Positions 34,915 to 43,980 of a stretch of DNA of 64,000 nucleotides are shown here, piece after piece. How positions within the stretch are numbered: position 1 is the first letter of the stretch; every line of letters begins with the position of its first letter. The stretch is from the NCBI GenBank assembly GCA_016187335.1, contig JACPJW010000001.1, positions 512,001 through 576,000 on the forward strand, written 5' to 3'. The notes beneath the pieces are model-generated. The model searched no databases. It saw nothing but the letters and a program-made list of their open reading frames with translations, and was not told the origin of the DNA. The stretch is from Candidatus Aenigmatarchaeota archaeon (GTDB lineage: Archaea > Aenigmatarchaeota > Aenigmatarchaeia > GW2011-AR5). The position numbers and the translations under genes were made by a program.

Positions 34915-35139
34915 GTGGTTGCCGTGGAAGAAGTGAAAATATCAAGCAAAGGTCAGATAGTGATTCCAAAATATATCCGGGATGCTTTAGGGGTGAAAGA
35001 AGGATCTGTTTTGCTTGTCAACCTGCTTGAGAACCGGCTGATAATAATACCAAAACCCGAAGACCCTGTCCGGGGCCTGGAAAGGGCGGGCGGTGAGATG
35101 GGAATGAAAAACATCCGCCGCGAAATAAAGGGAGAGTGA
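34915..35139 (+). CDS. vapB: AbrB/MazE-type antitoxin (VapB)
   Basis: VKISSKGQIVIPKYIRDALGVKEG; 4-nt overlap with PIN gene. Confidence 0.88.
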   Translation: MVAVEEVKISSKGQIVIPKYIRDALGVKEGSVLLVNLLENRLIIIPKPEDPVRGLERAGGEMGMKNIRREIKGE

Positions 35140-35549
35140 GTGCGTTCATGCCTGGAAAAGCCTATTTCGACACCTTCGTTTTCATGGACCTGCTTGCCGG
35201 CGGGGAATATGCTGAAAAGGCCAAAAAGTATTTGCAGGAAAAAGGCGTCGTTTCGTCAATACTGCTGACGGAAATCGGCTTCCACGTATCCCGCAGGAAG
35301 CGGAGCCGGGCTGACGAAATTCTTTTTTACATCCAGTCGCTGCCGAACATCGAGGTTGTCCCTGTCACAACAGAGGTCGCCATGCTTGCGGGAAAGCTGC
35401 GCGCGAAGTACAGGAAGAAGATAAAGAAGCAGCTCACCTATTTTGACAGCATCCATCTGGCGACAGCAATCAATCAGAAATGCACCCGGTTTATTACGGG
35501 CGACAGGGGATTTGAGGAAATCAAAGAAATCCCGGTGGAGGTTTATTGA
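35136..35549 (+). CDS. vapC: PIN-domain toxin (VapC)
   Basis: YFDTFVF, ILLTE, FDSIHLATA, ITGDRGF. Confidence 0.88.
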   Translation: MSAFMPGKAYFDTFVFMDLLAGGEYAEKAKKYLQEKGVVSSILLTEIGFHVSRRKRSRADEILFYIQSLPNIEVVPVTTEVAMLAGKLRAKYRKKIKKQLTYFDSIHLATAINQKCTRFITGDRGFEEIKEIPVEVY

Positions 35550-35786
35550 TTATTCAAAATCTTCCGGATAATAAATACTACCGGTTACTCGGACTTTCTC
35601 TATAGAAAATACTTGTGATGAAAAACTTGAAAAACGGCCTCTAGTATATGAATTACAACCTCCAGTATATGAATTTCCAGATGGAACAAAAACAGTCCTT
35701 CCTCTTATTTCTGCGCGAACTCCCCGACCGGATGCGCTGAAAAGAACGTTCCCGTTTAAGCAAATGATTATCCTTGTGGAGATTTA

Positions 35787-36476
35787 CTAACGAATTGGGT
35801 GAAGAATAGTACCCTCAATGTCGTAATTCCTCAGTGAAAATGTCCGTGTATGTGTAGATGAACTCTCTCCTCTTTTATTATACCATACAGTCGCGACTTC
35901 GCCCCTGACTTCTGCGCAAACACCACTCCCTGAACTGTTTATAACCTGTTGTCCTGTGTTGGTATCATAGACAGCTATGGTGCCCCATCGGTTTAGATCT
36001 CGGCTATTTGCTGCTATTTCTTCTCGCCTATGTCTTCTTTCTTCAAGTCCTGCCCTCAATCTTTCAGTAGTTCTCTCATATTCAGGATTCATTAGTTCCG
36101 CATCAGCAGCTGGATTTCTCCTGTTTTGAGGTTCACGAACAGAACTAACTTTAGAACCCAAACCGGACACGCCAAATAAAAATAATAAACTACCAAGAAA
36201 TGATACAAGCCCTGAACCACCCGATTCTTCGCTTGGCATATAATCTGCTTGACTAGGTTGCTGATACACAGGCGTTCCGGGTCGTTTTTGCACGTAGGAG
36301 TCTAGGTCAAATAAAGCGCGGTAAAGACGCCATGCCACGTCTGTGTTCCCTTTTCTGTATGCGCTTAAAATTGCTTCTTTCCTTCGGTCGAAATCTGCTC
36401 TTCCTAATCTGACCCTAAGCTCCTTGCTATGTATGTCCAGCCAATAGTCGAAATTAATCGCGGGAGAATTCGCCAT
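35787..36476 (-). CDS. Orphan protein with a central TM helix (AT-rich)
   Basis: 229-aa ORF. Confidence 0.6.
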   Translation of the reverse strand: MANSPAINFDYWLDIHSKELRVRLGRADFDRRKEAILSAYRKGNTDVAWRLYRALFDLDSYVQKRPGTPVYQQPSQADYMPSEESGGSGLVSFLGSLLFLFGVSGLGSKVSSVREPQNRRNPAADAELMNPEYERTTERLRAGLEERRHRREEIAANSRDLNRWGTIAVYDTNTGQQVINSSGSGVCAEVRGEVATVWYNKRGESSSTHTRTFSLRNYDIEGTILHPIR

Positions 36477-36563
36477 AATAATTAGAAAACAGAAACGTAT
36501 TTTAACGTATCGGTTTGAGTAGACGATATTGCCGTTGAGGTTTTACTGAGATAAAATCTAATT

Positions 36564-36962
36564 CTAAACAAATCCGGCGTGCACTGGTTGCTCAATCCTT
36601 TTGACTTGTGACATAAAGAAGTCCAGTCCTGCATAGCTCCTGTCTATCGAATTTCCGACTCTTCTGAGAGATTCATAAATTGCATGCATTGTTCCATAGT
36701 CAGGACGTAAGAATCTGTAACCGGAAATTTCGCCGCCTTCTCTTTCCATGTTTACAAAAATCCCTAAAGGATGCAATACAGGATAAACACTGTGAGAAGC
36801 GCAAACAACCATTTCTTCACGGAGAATTCCGTTTCCGTTAGTAACTTCTACCCTTATTATCAGGGTTTGAAAAGCACCAGCCCTCAAAGGAGATGAGTAA
36901 TTTTTACCATAAATAAGATTTCTCATTGACAACACCATAAATTTATAAATATTTACTACCAC
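36564..36962 (-). CDS. Orphan hypothetical protein (AT-rich; start uncertain)
   Basis: 132-aa ORF. Confidence 0.55.
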   Translation of the reverse strand: MVVNIYKFMVLSMRNLIYGKNYSSPLRAGAFQTLIIRVEVTNGNGILREEMVVCASHSVYPVLHPLGIFVNMEREGGEISGYRFLRPDYGTMHAIYESLRRVGNSIDRSYAGLDFFMSQVKRIEQPVHAGFV

Positions 36963-37101
36963 ATAGTAACTATTTAAGCATTTCTCTTGAGAGCATCGTT
37001 ATTAAACTACATTAAAATTCGTCTTGAAAAAGATTAAAATCGCGTGTGGTAACCATCCCACGGCTGAATTTCTTTTTATTTTCTGCCGCAAATGTTATGT
37101 C

Positions 37102-38460
37102 ATGGAAATTTCTTCTTACAGTAGCGAAATCCAAAAAGCCCTGACGAAAGCCGGCGCGCGCATAGGCGACAGAGTCAGGGTTGAAAAAACCGAAGATTTT
37201 TTTGAAGGCATGCTCATGCCAAAGTCGCAGGGCGCCGACAATACGCTAATCATAAAGCTGGACAACGGCTACAACGTCGGCGTGGCTTTTGATAAAGGGA
37301 CGCAGATCAAGAAAGTCGCTGTTAAGGAAAAAGAATCAAAAAAGCAGTTACACATTGGAAAGCAGAAAGAAGACAAAGGCAAGCCCACCGTTGCTATTCT
37401 CACGATGGGTGGAACGGTGGCTTCCCGCATAGATTACAAGACAGGCGCCGTAACACCCTTGGAAACGCCGGAAGAAATGCTCATAGCAGTTCCTGAATTG
37501 TCTGATATCGCCAATTTCAGGACGCGCGCCGTCTTTCAGATGCTTTCCGAAAACATAGAGCCGGAGCACTGGGTCGTGCTTTCAGAAAAGATAGCTGATG
37601 AAATAGAAACAGGCGTTGACGGCATCATCGTCACGCACGGCACTGACACGATGCACTACACATCAGCCGCGCTCTCACTGATGCTGCAAAACCTTCCGAT
37701 ACCTGTTCTGCTGGTCGGCTCGCAAAGAAGCAGCGACAGGGGCAGCAGCGATGCTTCATTCAATTTGATATGCGCCGCGCAGTTTATTGCAAAGTCAGAT
37801 TTTTCGGGCGTCGCGATATGCATGCACGGCTCGAGCAGCGACGATTTCTGCCACATCCACCAGGGAACCCACGTGAAGAAAACACATACGTCACGGCGCG
37901 ACGCTTTCAGGAGCATTGATGTCCCGCCTTATGCGAAGGTCTATCCTAACGGTACAGTAGAATTCCTGCGCACCGATTACCAGAAAAAGGACAAGTCAAG
38001 AAAACTGGATTTGGCCGCAAGATTCGACAGGCACGTTGCTTTGGTAAAAATGCATCCGGCTTTTGATTACAGGTTGCTTGATTTTCTTGAAAAAAACGGT
38101 TTCAGGGGAATTGTTCTGGAGGGAAGTGGTTTAGGCCACGCGCCTATTGAGGTTCTGGATGAATACACAAAGCACCACGCAGAATTGCTGAAAACGATAC
38201 ATCGCATGAGCAGGAGCGGCATAATAATCGCGATGACATCCCAGTGCACCTATGGCAAGGTTAATCTTAACGTTTATTCTCCGGGCCGCATCCTGCAGGA
38301 AGCCGGAGTAATTCCTGTTGCCATGACGCCTGAAACAGCCTTGGTGAAATTAGGCTGGTCGCTTGGCCACACGCGCGACAGCGAGAAAGCGAAAGGACTG
38401 CTGCTGAAAGACGTGGCCGGAGAAATCCTGGAGCGCATTGATTTTGAAGCTTTTGAATAA
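37102..38460 (+). CDS. gatD: Glutamyl-tRNA(Gln) amidotransferase subunit D
   Basis: IIKLDNGYNVG, GGTVASRIDYKTGAV, HGTDTMHYT, SQRSSDRGSSD, HTSRRDAF. Confidence 0.96.
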   Translation: MEISSYSSEIQKALTKAGARIGDRVRVEKTEDFFEGMLMPKSQGADNTLIIKLDNGYNVGVAFDKGTQIKKVAVKEKESKKQLHIGKQKEDKGKPTVAILTMGGTVASRIDYKTGAVTPLETPEEMLIAVPELSDIANFRTRAVFQMLSENIEPEHWVVLSEKIADEIETGVDGIIVTHGTDTMHYTSAALSLMLQNLPIPVLLVGSQRSSDRGSSDASFNLICAAQFIAKSDFSGVAICMHGSSSDDFCHIHQGTHVKKTHTSRRDAFRSIDVPPYAKVYPNGTVEFLRTDYQKKDKSRKLDLAARFDRHVALVKMHPAFDYRLLDFLEKNGFRGIVLEGSGLGHAPIEVLDEYTKHHAELLKTIHRMSRSGIIIAMTSQCTYGKVNLNVYSPGRILQEAGVIPVAMTPETALVKLGWSLGHTRDSEKAKGLLLKDVAGEILERIDFEAFE

Positions 38461-38526
38461 GAAAAAACGCCTTTGCTTTCTGCCTTAGCAATATAAGTTT
38501 TCAAAAACAACTCGTTGTTGATTGTT

Positions 38527-40332
38527 ATGCCCGATTATTCAAAGCTTGGTCTTCGGGTTGGCCTGGAAATCCACCAGCAGCTTGCGACAAAACACAAGCT
38601 TTTCTGCAAATGCCCGATAAAGAAAGAAGAGGAATTTCCCTTGGAAATCCGCAGGAAGCTGCGTGCGGTGCCTTCGGAGCTGGGAGAATACGACCCCGCT
38701 GCTTTGTACGAATACCTGCGCAACCGCACATTCGTTTACAAATGGAACCGGGAAAGCAGTTGCCTGATTGAACTGGACGAGCAGCCGCCGCTCTCTATAA
38801 ACGAAGAAGCCCTGCACCTCACGCTGCAGATATGCAAGCTGTTGAATTGTGAGGTCCTTGATGAATTGCATGTGATGAGAAAAACAGTCATTGATGGCTC
38901 GTCGGTGAGCGGCTTCCAGAGGACGGTTCTTGTCGGCATTGACGGCTATGTGGAAACATCTTTTGGGAAAATCGGAATATCCCGCATCTCTTTGGAAGAA
39001 GATTCTGCGCCCGTTGTTGCCCGCAGGGATGATGTTGTCGAATACCGCTTGGACCGCTTGGGCGTGCCCTTGGTGGAAATAGCGACAACGCCTGACATAC
39101 ACACGCCGGAGCAGGCGCGCGAGGTTGCCGAGAGCATCGGCAGCATTCTCAGAAGCACAAAAGTCATGCGCGGCATCGGCAGCATCAGGCAGGACATCAA
39201 CATATCAGTTGCGGGCGGAGCCCGAATAGAAGTGAAGGGATTCCAGGAGCTTGAGAAAATAGAAAAGCTTGTTGAGAACGAAGTAGAGCGGCAATTATCG
39301 CTGCTGGAAATAAAAAAGGAGTTGGAAAGGCGCGGCTTAAGAAAGCTGGAAAGCAAGCCTGTGGATGTTACAGCATTTTTTGCAAAGACAAGAAACAATT
39401 TTCTGCGAAGAATGCTCAACGAAGGCGCGCGCATTTTTGCCTTGGTCCTGCCGGCTTTCGCCGGCCTGCTTGCGAAGCAGTGCGGTGACCGCACCTTTGG
39501 AAAAGAGCTGTCCGCTTATGCCGAAGCTTACGGTTCTGGCATCATCCACAGCGACGAACAGCATGATGAGTTGGAAAACGAGTTTGTTCTTCTGAAAAAA
39601 CAGCTGAAATCAGACGAGCGCGATGTGATTTTGATTTCCGCTGGCAGAAATCCCGAGAAAGCACTGGCAGCCGTGGCAGAGCGCGCAAATTCATGCTTGC
39701 TTGGCGTTCCTGAAGAAACAAGGATTGCAGACGGCGCCGGGTCAAAATACACGCGGCCGCTGCCGGGCGCCGAGAGGATGTATCCGGAATCCGACATACC
39801 GGCGATAGCAGTGAGCAATGAACTGCTTGAGGCCATAAAAATACCAAAAACGCTGGCTGAAAAACAGCAGGAGCTTGAGAAGGAACTGCCCAAGGAAATT
39901 GCAGAGCAGCTTGTCCGCTCAAAATATTACGGGCTGTACGGAGAACTGAAAAATAAATTCAAAATAGATGCCGTGACAATTGCCTCCGTTTTTACAAACA
40001 CGCTGACGGACCTGAGAAGGCGCGGGCTTGACGTTGAAAAATTAAGCGGTGATGATTTTGAAAGAGTTTTCGCGCTCGTTGCTGACGGCAGGATTGCGAA
40101 GAAAAGCATTGCAGCGATTTTAGAGGAGCTTTGCAAGGGTGCTGTTTTGGAAAAAGCAGCCGAGAAATACTATCTTGTCACCGACAAATACCTGAAGGAA
40201 ATTATCCGTTCCGTCCTGAAAGAAAAGCCAAACCTCGCCGAAAGCGCATACATGGGCTTGATTATGCAGCGTGTCGCCGGCAGGGCCGAAGGCAGCAAGA
40301 TTGTGAAAATCCTGCGCGAGGAGATGAAATAA
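38527..40332 (+). CDS. gatE: Glutamyl-tRNA(Gln) amidotransferase subunit E
   Basis: GLEIHQQL, MRKTVIDGS..SGFQRT, LDRLGVPLVEIAT, RPLPGAERMYPESD. Confidence 0.96.
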   Translation: MPDYSKLGLRVGLEIHQQLATKHKLFCKCPIKKEEEFPLEIRRKLRAVPSELGEYDPAALYEYLRNRTFVYKWNRESSCLIELDEQPPLSINEEALHLTLQICKLLNCEVLDELHVMRKTVIDGSSVSGFQRTVLVGIDGYVETSFGKIGISRISLEEDSAPVVARRDDVVEYRLDRLGVPLVEIATTPDIHTPEQAREVAESIGSILRSTKVMRGIGSIRQDINISVAGGARIEVKGFQELEKIEKLVENEVERQLSLLEIKKELERRGLRKLESKPVDVTAFFAKTRNNFLRRMLNEGARIFALVLPAFAGLLAKQCGDRTFGKELSAYAEAYGSGIIHSDEQHDELENEFVLLKKQLKSDERDVILISAGRNPEKALAAVAERANSCLLGVPEETRIADGAGSKYTRPLPGAERMYPESDIPAIAVSNELLEAIKIPKTLAEKQQELEKELPKEIAEQLVRSKYYGLYGELKNKFKIDAVTIASVFTNTLTDLRRRGLDVEKLSGDDFERVFALVADGRIAKKSIAAILEELCKGAVLEKAAEKYYLVTDKYLKEIIRSVLKEKPNLAESAYMGLIMQRVAGRAEGSKIVKILREEMK

Positions 40333-40389
40333 TTACGCCCGCCTTACGCCGCTGTAACGTATAAATACCGCTTTTCACAAGGATTTAAT

Positions 40390-40779
40390 ATGGCGTTTTT
40401 CGGCATTGAGCTTACGGTGGCAGGCATCGTTACGCTGCTGCTGAAAGCAATTATCGCGTTCCTTGTCATAACGCTGGCCGACAAAATAATAGGGCACGAA
40501 TTCAACCCGGGCCACACGGCAATCATTGCTTTGCTTGCTCTTTTCGCGACGCCGATTGTGACGAGCCTTTTTGAGCAATATTATAGTGTCAGCATTCCTT
40601 TCCTCGGGCTGGCTGTGTCGCTGGTTGTCTGGGTCATCAGCGGCGAAATCCTGCTGGGAGAAGGAAACTGGGAAGAAAAGCTGAAGGTGATTGTCGTTGC
40701 CTATGTCGCGTTCACCCTGATTTCCTTCGGCCTTGAGGCGCCGCTGCAGAACTTCGTGACGACATACGTGGGCGGATAA
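40390..40779 (+). CDS. 4-TM membrane protein
   Basis: 129 aa, four hydrophobic helices. Confidence 0.7.
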   Translation: MAFFGIELTVAGIVTLLLKAIIAFLVITLADKIIGHEFNPGHTAIIALLALFATPIVTSLFEQYYSVSIPFLGLAVSLVVWVISGEILLGEGNWEEKLKVIVVAYVAFTLISFGLEAPLQNFVTTYVGG

Positions 40780-40781
40780 AC

Positions 40782-41162
40782 TTATTCTCCTGCTTTACCG
40801 TTCCTGTTGGCGTCAGGAACCTGCAATTTTGTCCCTGCAGGAAGAATAGTGTCTTGCGGCACTTGTGGCATGTCTATGCTTGGATTTAGTTCTCTTATCG
40901 CAGCTTCGTAAGCGAAAGGACTAGAGCCTTCGCCTTCTGCGAGTTTCCGGGAAATTTCGCTGATACTGGCATCCTGCGGAACCACATAAACCGAGGCAGG
41001 AGAACTAATTATTCTTCTGTATTCAGAAACATTGTCAACAGCGATTTTCCCGCCGGCAACAGTAGCAACAGCTGCAAGCATCCATACTGCTGCTTTTCTC
41101 AAGTTAATTCCTGCTCTTTTTCCGGTGATTGAATAATCGGGAACGCCTATTTCACTTGACAT
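40782..41162 (-). CDS. Membrane-anchored LysM-like domain protein
   Basis: TM helix, then YVVPQDASISEISRKL...AIRELNP...ILPAGTKLQVP, matching the LysM pattern. Confidence 0.62.
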   Translation of the reverse strand: MSSEIGVPDYSITGKRAGINLRKAAVWMLAAVATVAGGKIAVDNVSEYRRIISSPASVYVVPQDASISEISRKLAEGEGSSPFAYEAAIRELNPSIDMPQVPQDTILPAGTKLQVPDANRNGKAGE

Positions 41163-41214
41163 ATACCACTATACAGTAACACTTCTTTAAAAAGCTTTCG
41201 GTGGTAAGCAGGTT

Positions 41215-41598
41215 TCATGCCCGCGCCGGCTTGTAATCCAGTACAAGCCTTCTTGACCCTCTCATGATTTCGTTCGTTATCCCCCTTACTTCCGTTTCGT
41301 CCGCGGAAGGGTAAAGTATGTGGACGATCTCATGTATGCGGGTCTTCATCTTGTCGTAATAATCAAGCCCTTTCCTCAGCCATATCTTCGCCCTGTTTGT
41401 CATCCCGAGGACGATATGGTAAGGACCGTCGGGCATGTACCAGGGTTCTATTTCCTCTATGGGAATGAACCTGCCGTTGATCATGACGCCGCCCGGGACG
41501 TAATCAAAGTCCTTGAACTCCCGTCTTGCGTACTGCAGTAATTCATTGTTTTTTCCCGTTTCTCTCTGGTAAATTCTCAGGTCCCGCGGGTCTAGCAT
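41215..41598 (-). CDS. Small HExxH zincin-like protein
   Basis: TRIHEIVHILYP..DETEVR. Confidence 0.6.
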   Translation of the reverse strand: MLDPRDLRIYQRETGKNNELLQYARREFKDFDYVPGGVMINGRFIPIEEIEPWYMPDGPYHIVLGMTNRAKIWLRKGLDYYDKMKTRIHEIVHILYPSADETEVRGITNEIMRGSRRLVLDYKPARA

Positions 41599-41622
41599 AG
41601 AAATAATTGTGCCAAAGAACTT

Positions 41623-42309
41623 TTATGGCTTGTCTGCAAGCCCTGTTTCGTTTATCTGCAGGAAACCGCTGCGCGTCTTTTCGTCCCAGTGCCTTTCTGC
41701 TTCTTTCACAACGATTCTTTTTTTGTAAAGCGGGCAAATGAGCACCAGTGTATCCATTTCTCCGCCCTCCCCCATGACGTGGATGCCGTGCTTTCTGTTC
41801 AGCGCCACCAGTTCATCCACGCATTTTTCGTCTATGATCCTACCCAGCCATTTGTCATCCAGAGGCGGCGCAGCGACGGCTACAACCATGATGGTAAAGC
41901 CGTCCCTGAGCATGCCCCTCAGAACTTCTTCAGGATCCTTGCCCCAGAAAGGCGCGATGCTGGCTAATCCTAAATCAAAGCATATCGCATCTATGCGCGT
42001 TTTCTGGTAGTTGCTGGCGATAGCTCCTGTAGTGATGCCGTCTATATGCGGTTTCAGCGAGGCAAGAACGTTTTTTATGTCCTTTAGTTCTTCTTCCTTG
42101 ACACCTTTCGTTTTTCTTTTGACCAAAGGAAGCCCTATGTTTTCGGCTATCTTGTCGACTAAGTGTATGTTAGGTATGTGGAACATGTAGCTTTCAGGGT
42201 TCTCGGATTCCAAGGATACCAAGTATTTTATTTCATGTCCCTGATTCTTTGCAAGGTACATCGCATAGAGCGAGTCCTTGCCGCCGGATATGAGAGATGC
42301 TAGGCGCAT
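41623..42309 (-). CDS. dph6: Diphthine--ammonia ligase (PP-loop ATPase, Dph6/MJ0570 family)
   Basis: SLISGGKDSLYA, SYMFH, GAIASNYQK, GEGGEMDTLV. Confidence 0.9.
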   Translation of the reverse strand: MRLASLISGGKDSLYAMYLAKNQGHEIKYLVSLESENPESYMFHIPNIHLVDKIAENIGLPLVKRKTKGVKEEELKDIKNVLASLKPHIDGITTGAIASNYQKTRIDAICFDLGLASIAPFWGKDPEEVLRGMLRDGFTIMVVAVAAPPLDDKWLGRIIDEKCVDELVALNRKHGIHVMGEGGEMDTLVLICPLYKKRIVVKEAERHWDEKTRSGFLQINETGLADKP

Positions 42310-42344
42310 GTTAGAAATGAAGGAGAAAACTTTTTATGCGGGTT

Positions 42345-42743
42345 TCATTCCCCGGTAACCGTCACGACTACGCTTCTTTTCCTCGGCTCCACATCAAACT
42401 CCCATAAAATTATGCTCTGCCATGTCCCGAGAACTGCTTTGCCGTCGGCTATAGGAAACGTAACGTCGCTGCGCAGCATGGATGCGCGCAGGTGCGAGAA
42501 AGCATTGCTCGGGTGGTGGTAGATTTTATTTTCATCAATGAGCATGAACATCTTTTTGAAATCTTCCAGGAGCATCCTGTCCTTTTCGTTGAGAAGCAGC
42601 CCGGCGGTCGTAGCCGGCAGGAATACGTTGCATGTCCCCTCCCTGATGCGGCTTTTTGCTATAACCGACAGGACTTCCTTGGTTATATCAATGAAGCTGA
42701 TGCCTTCTTTGGTGCTGAATTCAAGAACACCTCGGTGAATCAT
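42345..42743 (-). CDS. yjbQ: YjbQ/UPF0047 family protein
   Basis: FIDIT, NAFSHLRASML, LGTWQSIILWEFD. Confidence 0.9.
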   Translation of the reverse strand: MIHRGVLEFSTKEGISFIDITKEVLSVIAKSRIREGTCNVFLPATTAGLLLNEKDRMLLEDFKKMFMLIDENKIYHHPSNAFSHLRASMLRSDVTFPIADGKAVLGTWQSIILWEFDVEPRKRSVVVTVTGE

Positions 42744-42763
42744 GCGTATCCTCTAAATAATAT

Positions 42764-42930
42764 TTTTGATGCAACTTTCTTTTGATCAAACTTTTCTGAA
42801 ATCTTCAGAGAACGAAGTTCTCTGAGATCCCGAAGAACTTTCGTTCTTTGAGGAAGTTTGAAAGTCGCTTTTCTTTCCGCAGGCGCTTTCTTCTGTTTTT
42901 GATAGAACTTTCTGAAAAGTTCTGGGACTA
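42764..42930 (-). repeat. Multiply nested hairpin element (A + B arm + A[A[C]])
   Basis: Minus strand AGAACTTTTCAGAAAGTTCT-ATCAAAAAC, AAAGCGCCTGCGGAAA, then GCGACTTTC[AAACTT{double hairpin}AAGTTTG-ATCAAAA]GAAAGTTGC-ATCAAAAAT. Confidence 0.85.
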
Positions 42931-42969
42931 TTTAAATACTATTTAAATAGTTTACGCCTTATTTAAATA
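42929..42969. promoter_or_regulatory. Three palindromic TATTTAAATA boxes upstream of tbp
   Basis: Copies at 42929-42938, 42940-42949 and 42960-42969. Confidence 0.55.
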
Positions 42970-42988
42970 CTCAGTCTGCTGGCTGTTT

Positions 42989-43546
42989 GTGGGTGTGATT
43001 TTTATCGCTGAGAAAATAAAAATAGAAAATGTCGTTGCTTCTACGGACATAAAAAAGATAATTTCCCTGGACAAGCTGCTGACTGTGCTGGAAGCAAGCG
43101 AATATGAACCGGAGCAGTTCCCGGGTCTTGTCTATCGCCTGGACGAGCCGCGCGTGGCAACACTGGTCTTCCGCAGCGGCAAAATCATATGCGTCGGCGC
43201 CCGGAGCACTTCCGACGCCAAAAGGGCATTGCAGAAAACAGTGCGCAACATAAAGAAAATCGGCATACGCGTGAACGAGAACGCGATAAAAGTAAAGATA
43301 GAAAATATAGTGGTTTCCGTCAACCTTGGCAAGGAGCTTAATCTGGACCAGCTGGCGTTCCGCCTGGAAGACAGCGAATATGAACCGGAGCAGTTCCCGG
43401 GGCTTGTTTATCGTATTTATGATCCTAAGGTCGCTTTCTTATTGTTTTCCTCAGGCCGCGTGGTATGCGCCGGAGCAAAATCGCTGGACGCAGTCAAGAA
43501 GGCAGTGAAGCGGCTGGAATCAAAGCTGAGAAGCTTGAACGTGTAA
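42989..43546 (+). CDS. tbp: TATA-box binding protein
   Basis: Two repeats IENVVAS...EYEPEQFPGLVYR...FRSGKIIC.GA. Confidence 0.97.
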   Translation: MGVIFIAEKIKIENVVASTDIKKIISLDKLLTVLEASEYEPEQFPGLVYRLDEPRVATLVFRSGKIICVGARSTSDAKRALQKTVRNIKKIGIRVNENAIKVKIENIVVSVNLGKELNLDQLAFRLEDSEYEPEQFPGLVYRIYDPKVAFLLFSSGRVVCAGAKSLDAVKKAVKRLESKLRSLNV

Positions 43547-43597
43547 GAAACAATTTTTTCTTGCAAGCTTTTTATCTTTTCAAACCAATAAAACAGT

Positions 43598-43912
43598 ATG
43601 AGCGATTCGTTCAGACATAATGGCAAGGTTCTTGGACATATTCATAGTTATACAGGAAACGGCACTAACCAGTTTGATTTGGTGATGGAAGGAATTGATG
43701 CATTAGAATATTTGTTTAGATTGGGAGAAAAAGAAATCCTACATATTGATGGCGGAATAGGCGAAGTACCTTACAGTTGGTTCAGAGAAAATATTCTGGG
43801 AAGAGCGCACAGAATATATCCTATCAGTCTGGGATACGTCAGGGACAGATTTGTCGGTCCAAGAGATGTTCCAATAAAAGACACAGAAACAGACTTTGCC
43901 ATTCCCGATTGA
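43598..43912 (+). CDS. Orphan hypothetical protein (AT-rich)
   Basis: 104-aa ORF between tbp and mcm. Confidence 0.6.
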   Translation: MSDSFRHNGKVLGHIHSYTGNGTNQFDLVMEGIDALEYLFRLGEKEILHIDGGIGEVPYSWFRENILGRAHRIYPISLGYVRDRFVGPRDVPIKDTETDFAIPD

Positions 43913-43980
43913 TTTTTCTCCACAGGAAACCTGCCATTAAAGGGGTTCCACCTTAAAAACATTCATGCTTTATTTCTATC

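Noticed and set aside
35575-35790. 71-codon open frame with a 21-nt-period repeat (AGTATATGAATT twice)
   Set aside because: No usable start codon and no recognisable motif; cannot be supported as a gene.
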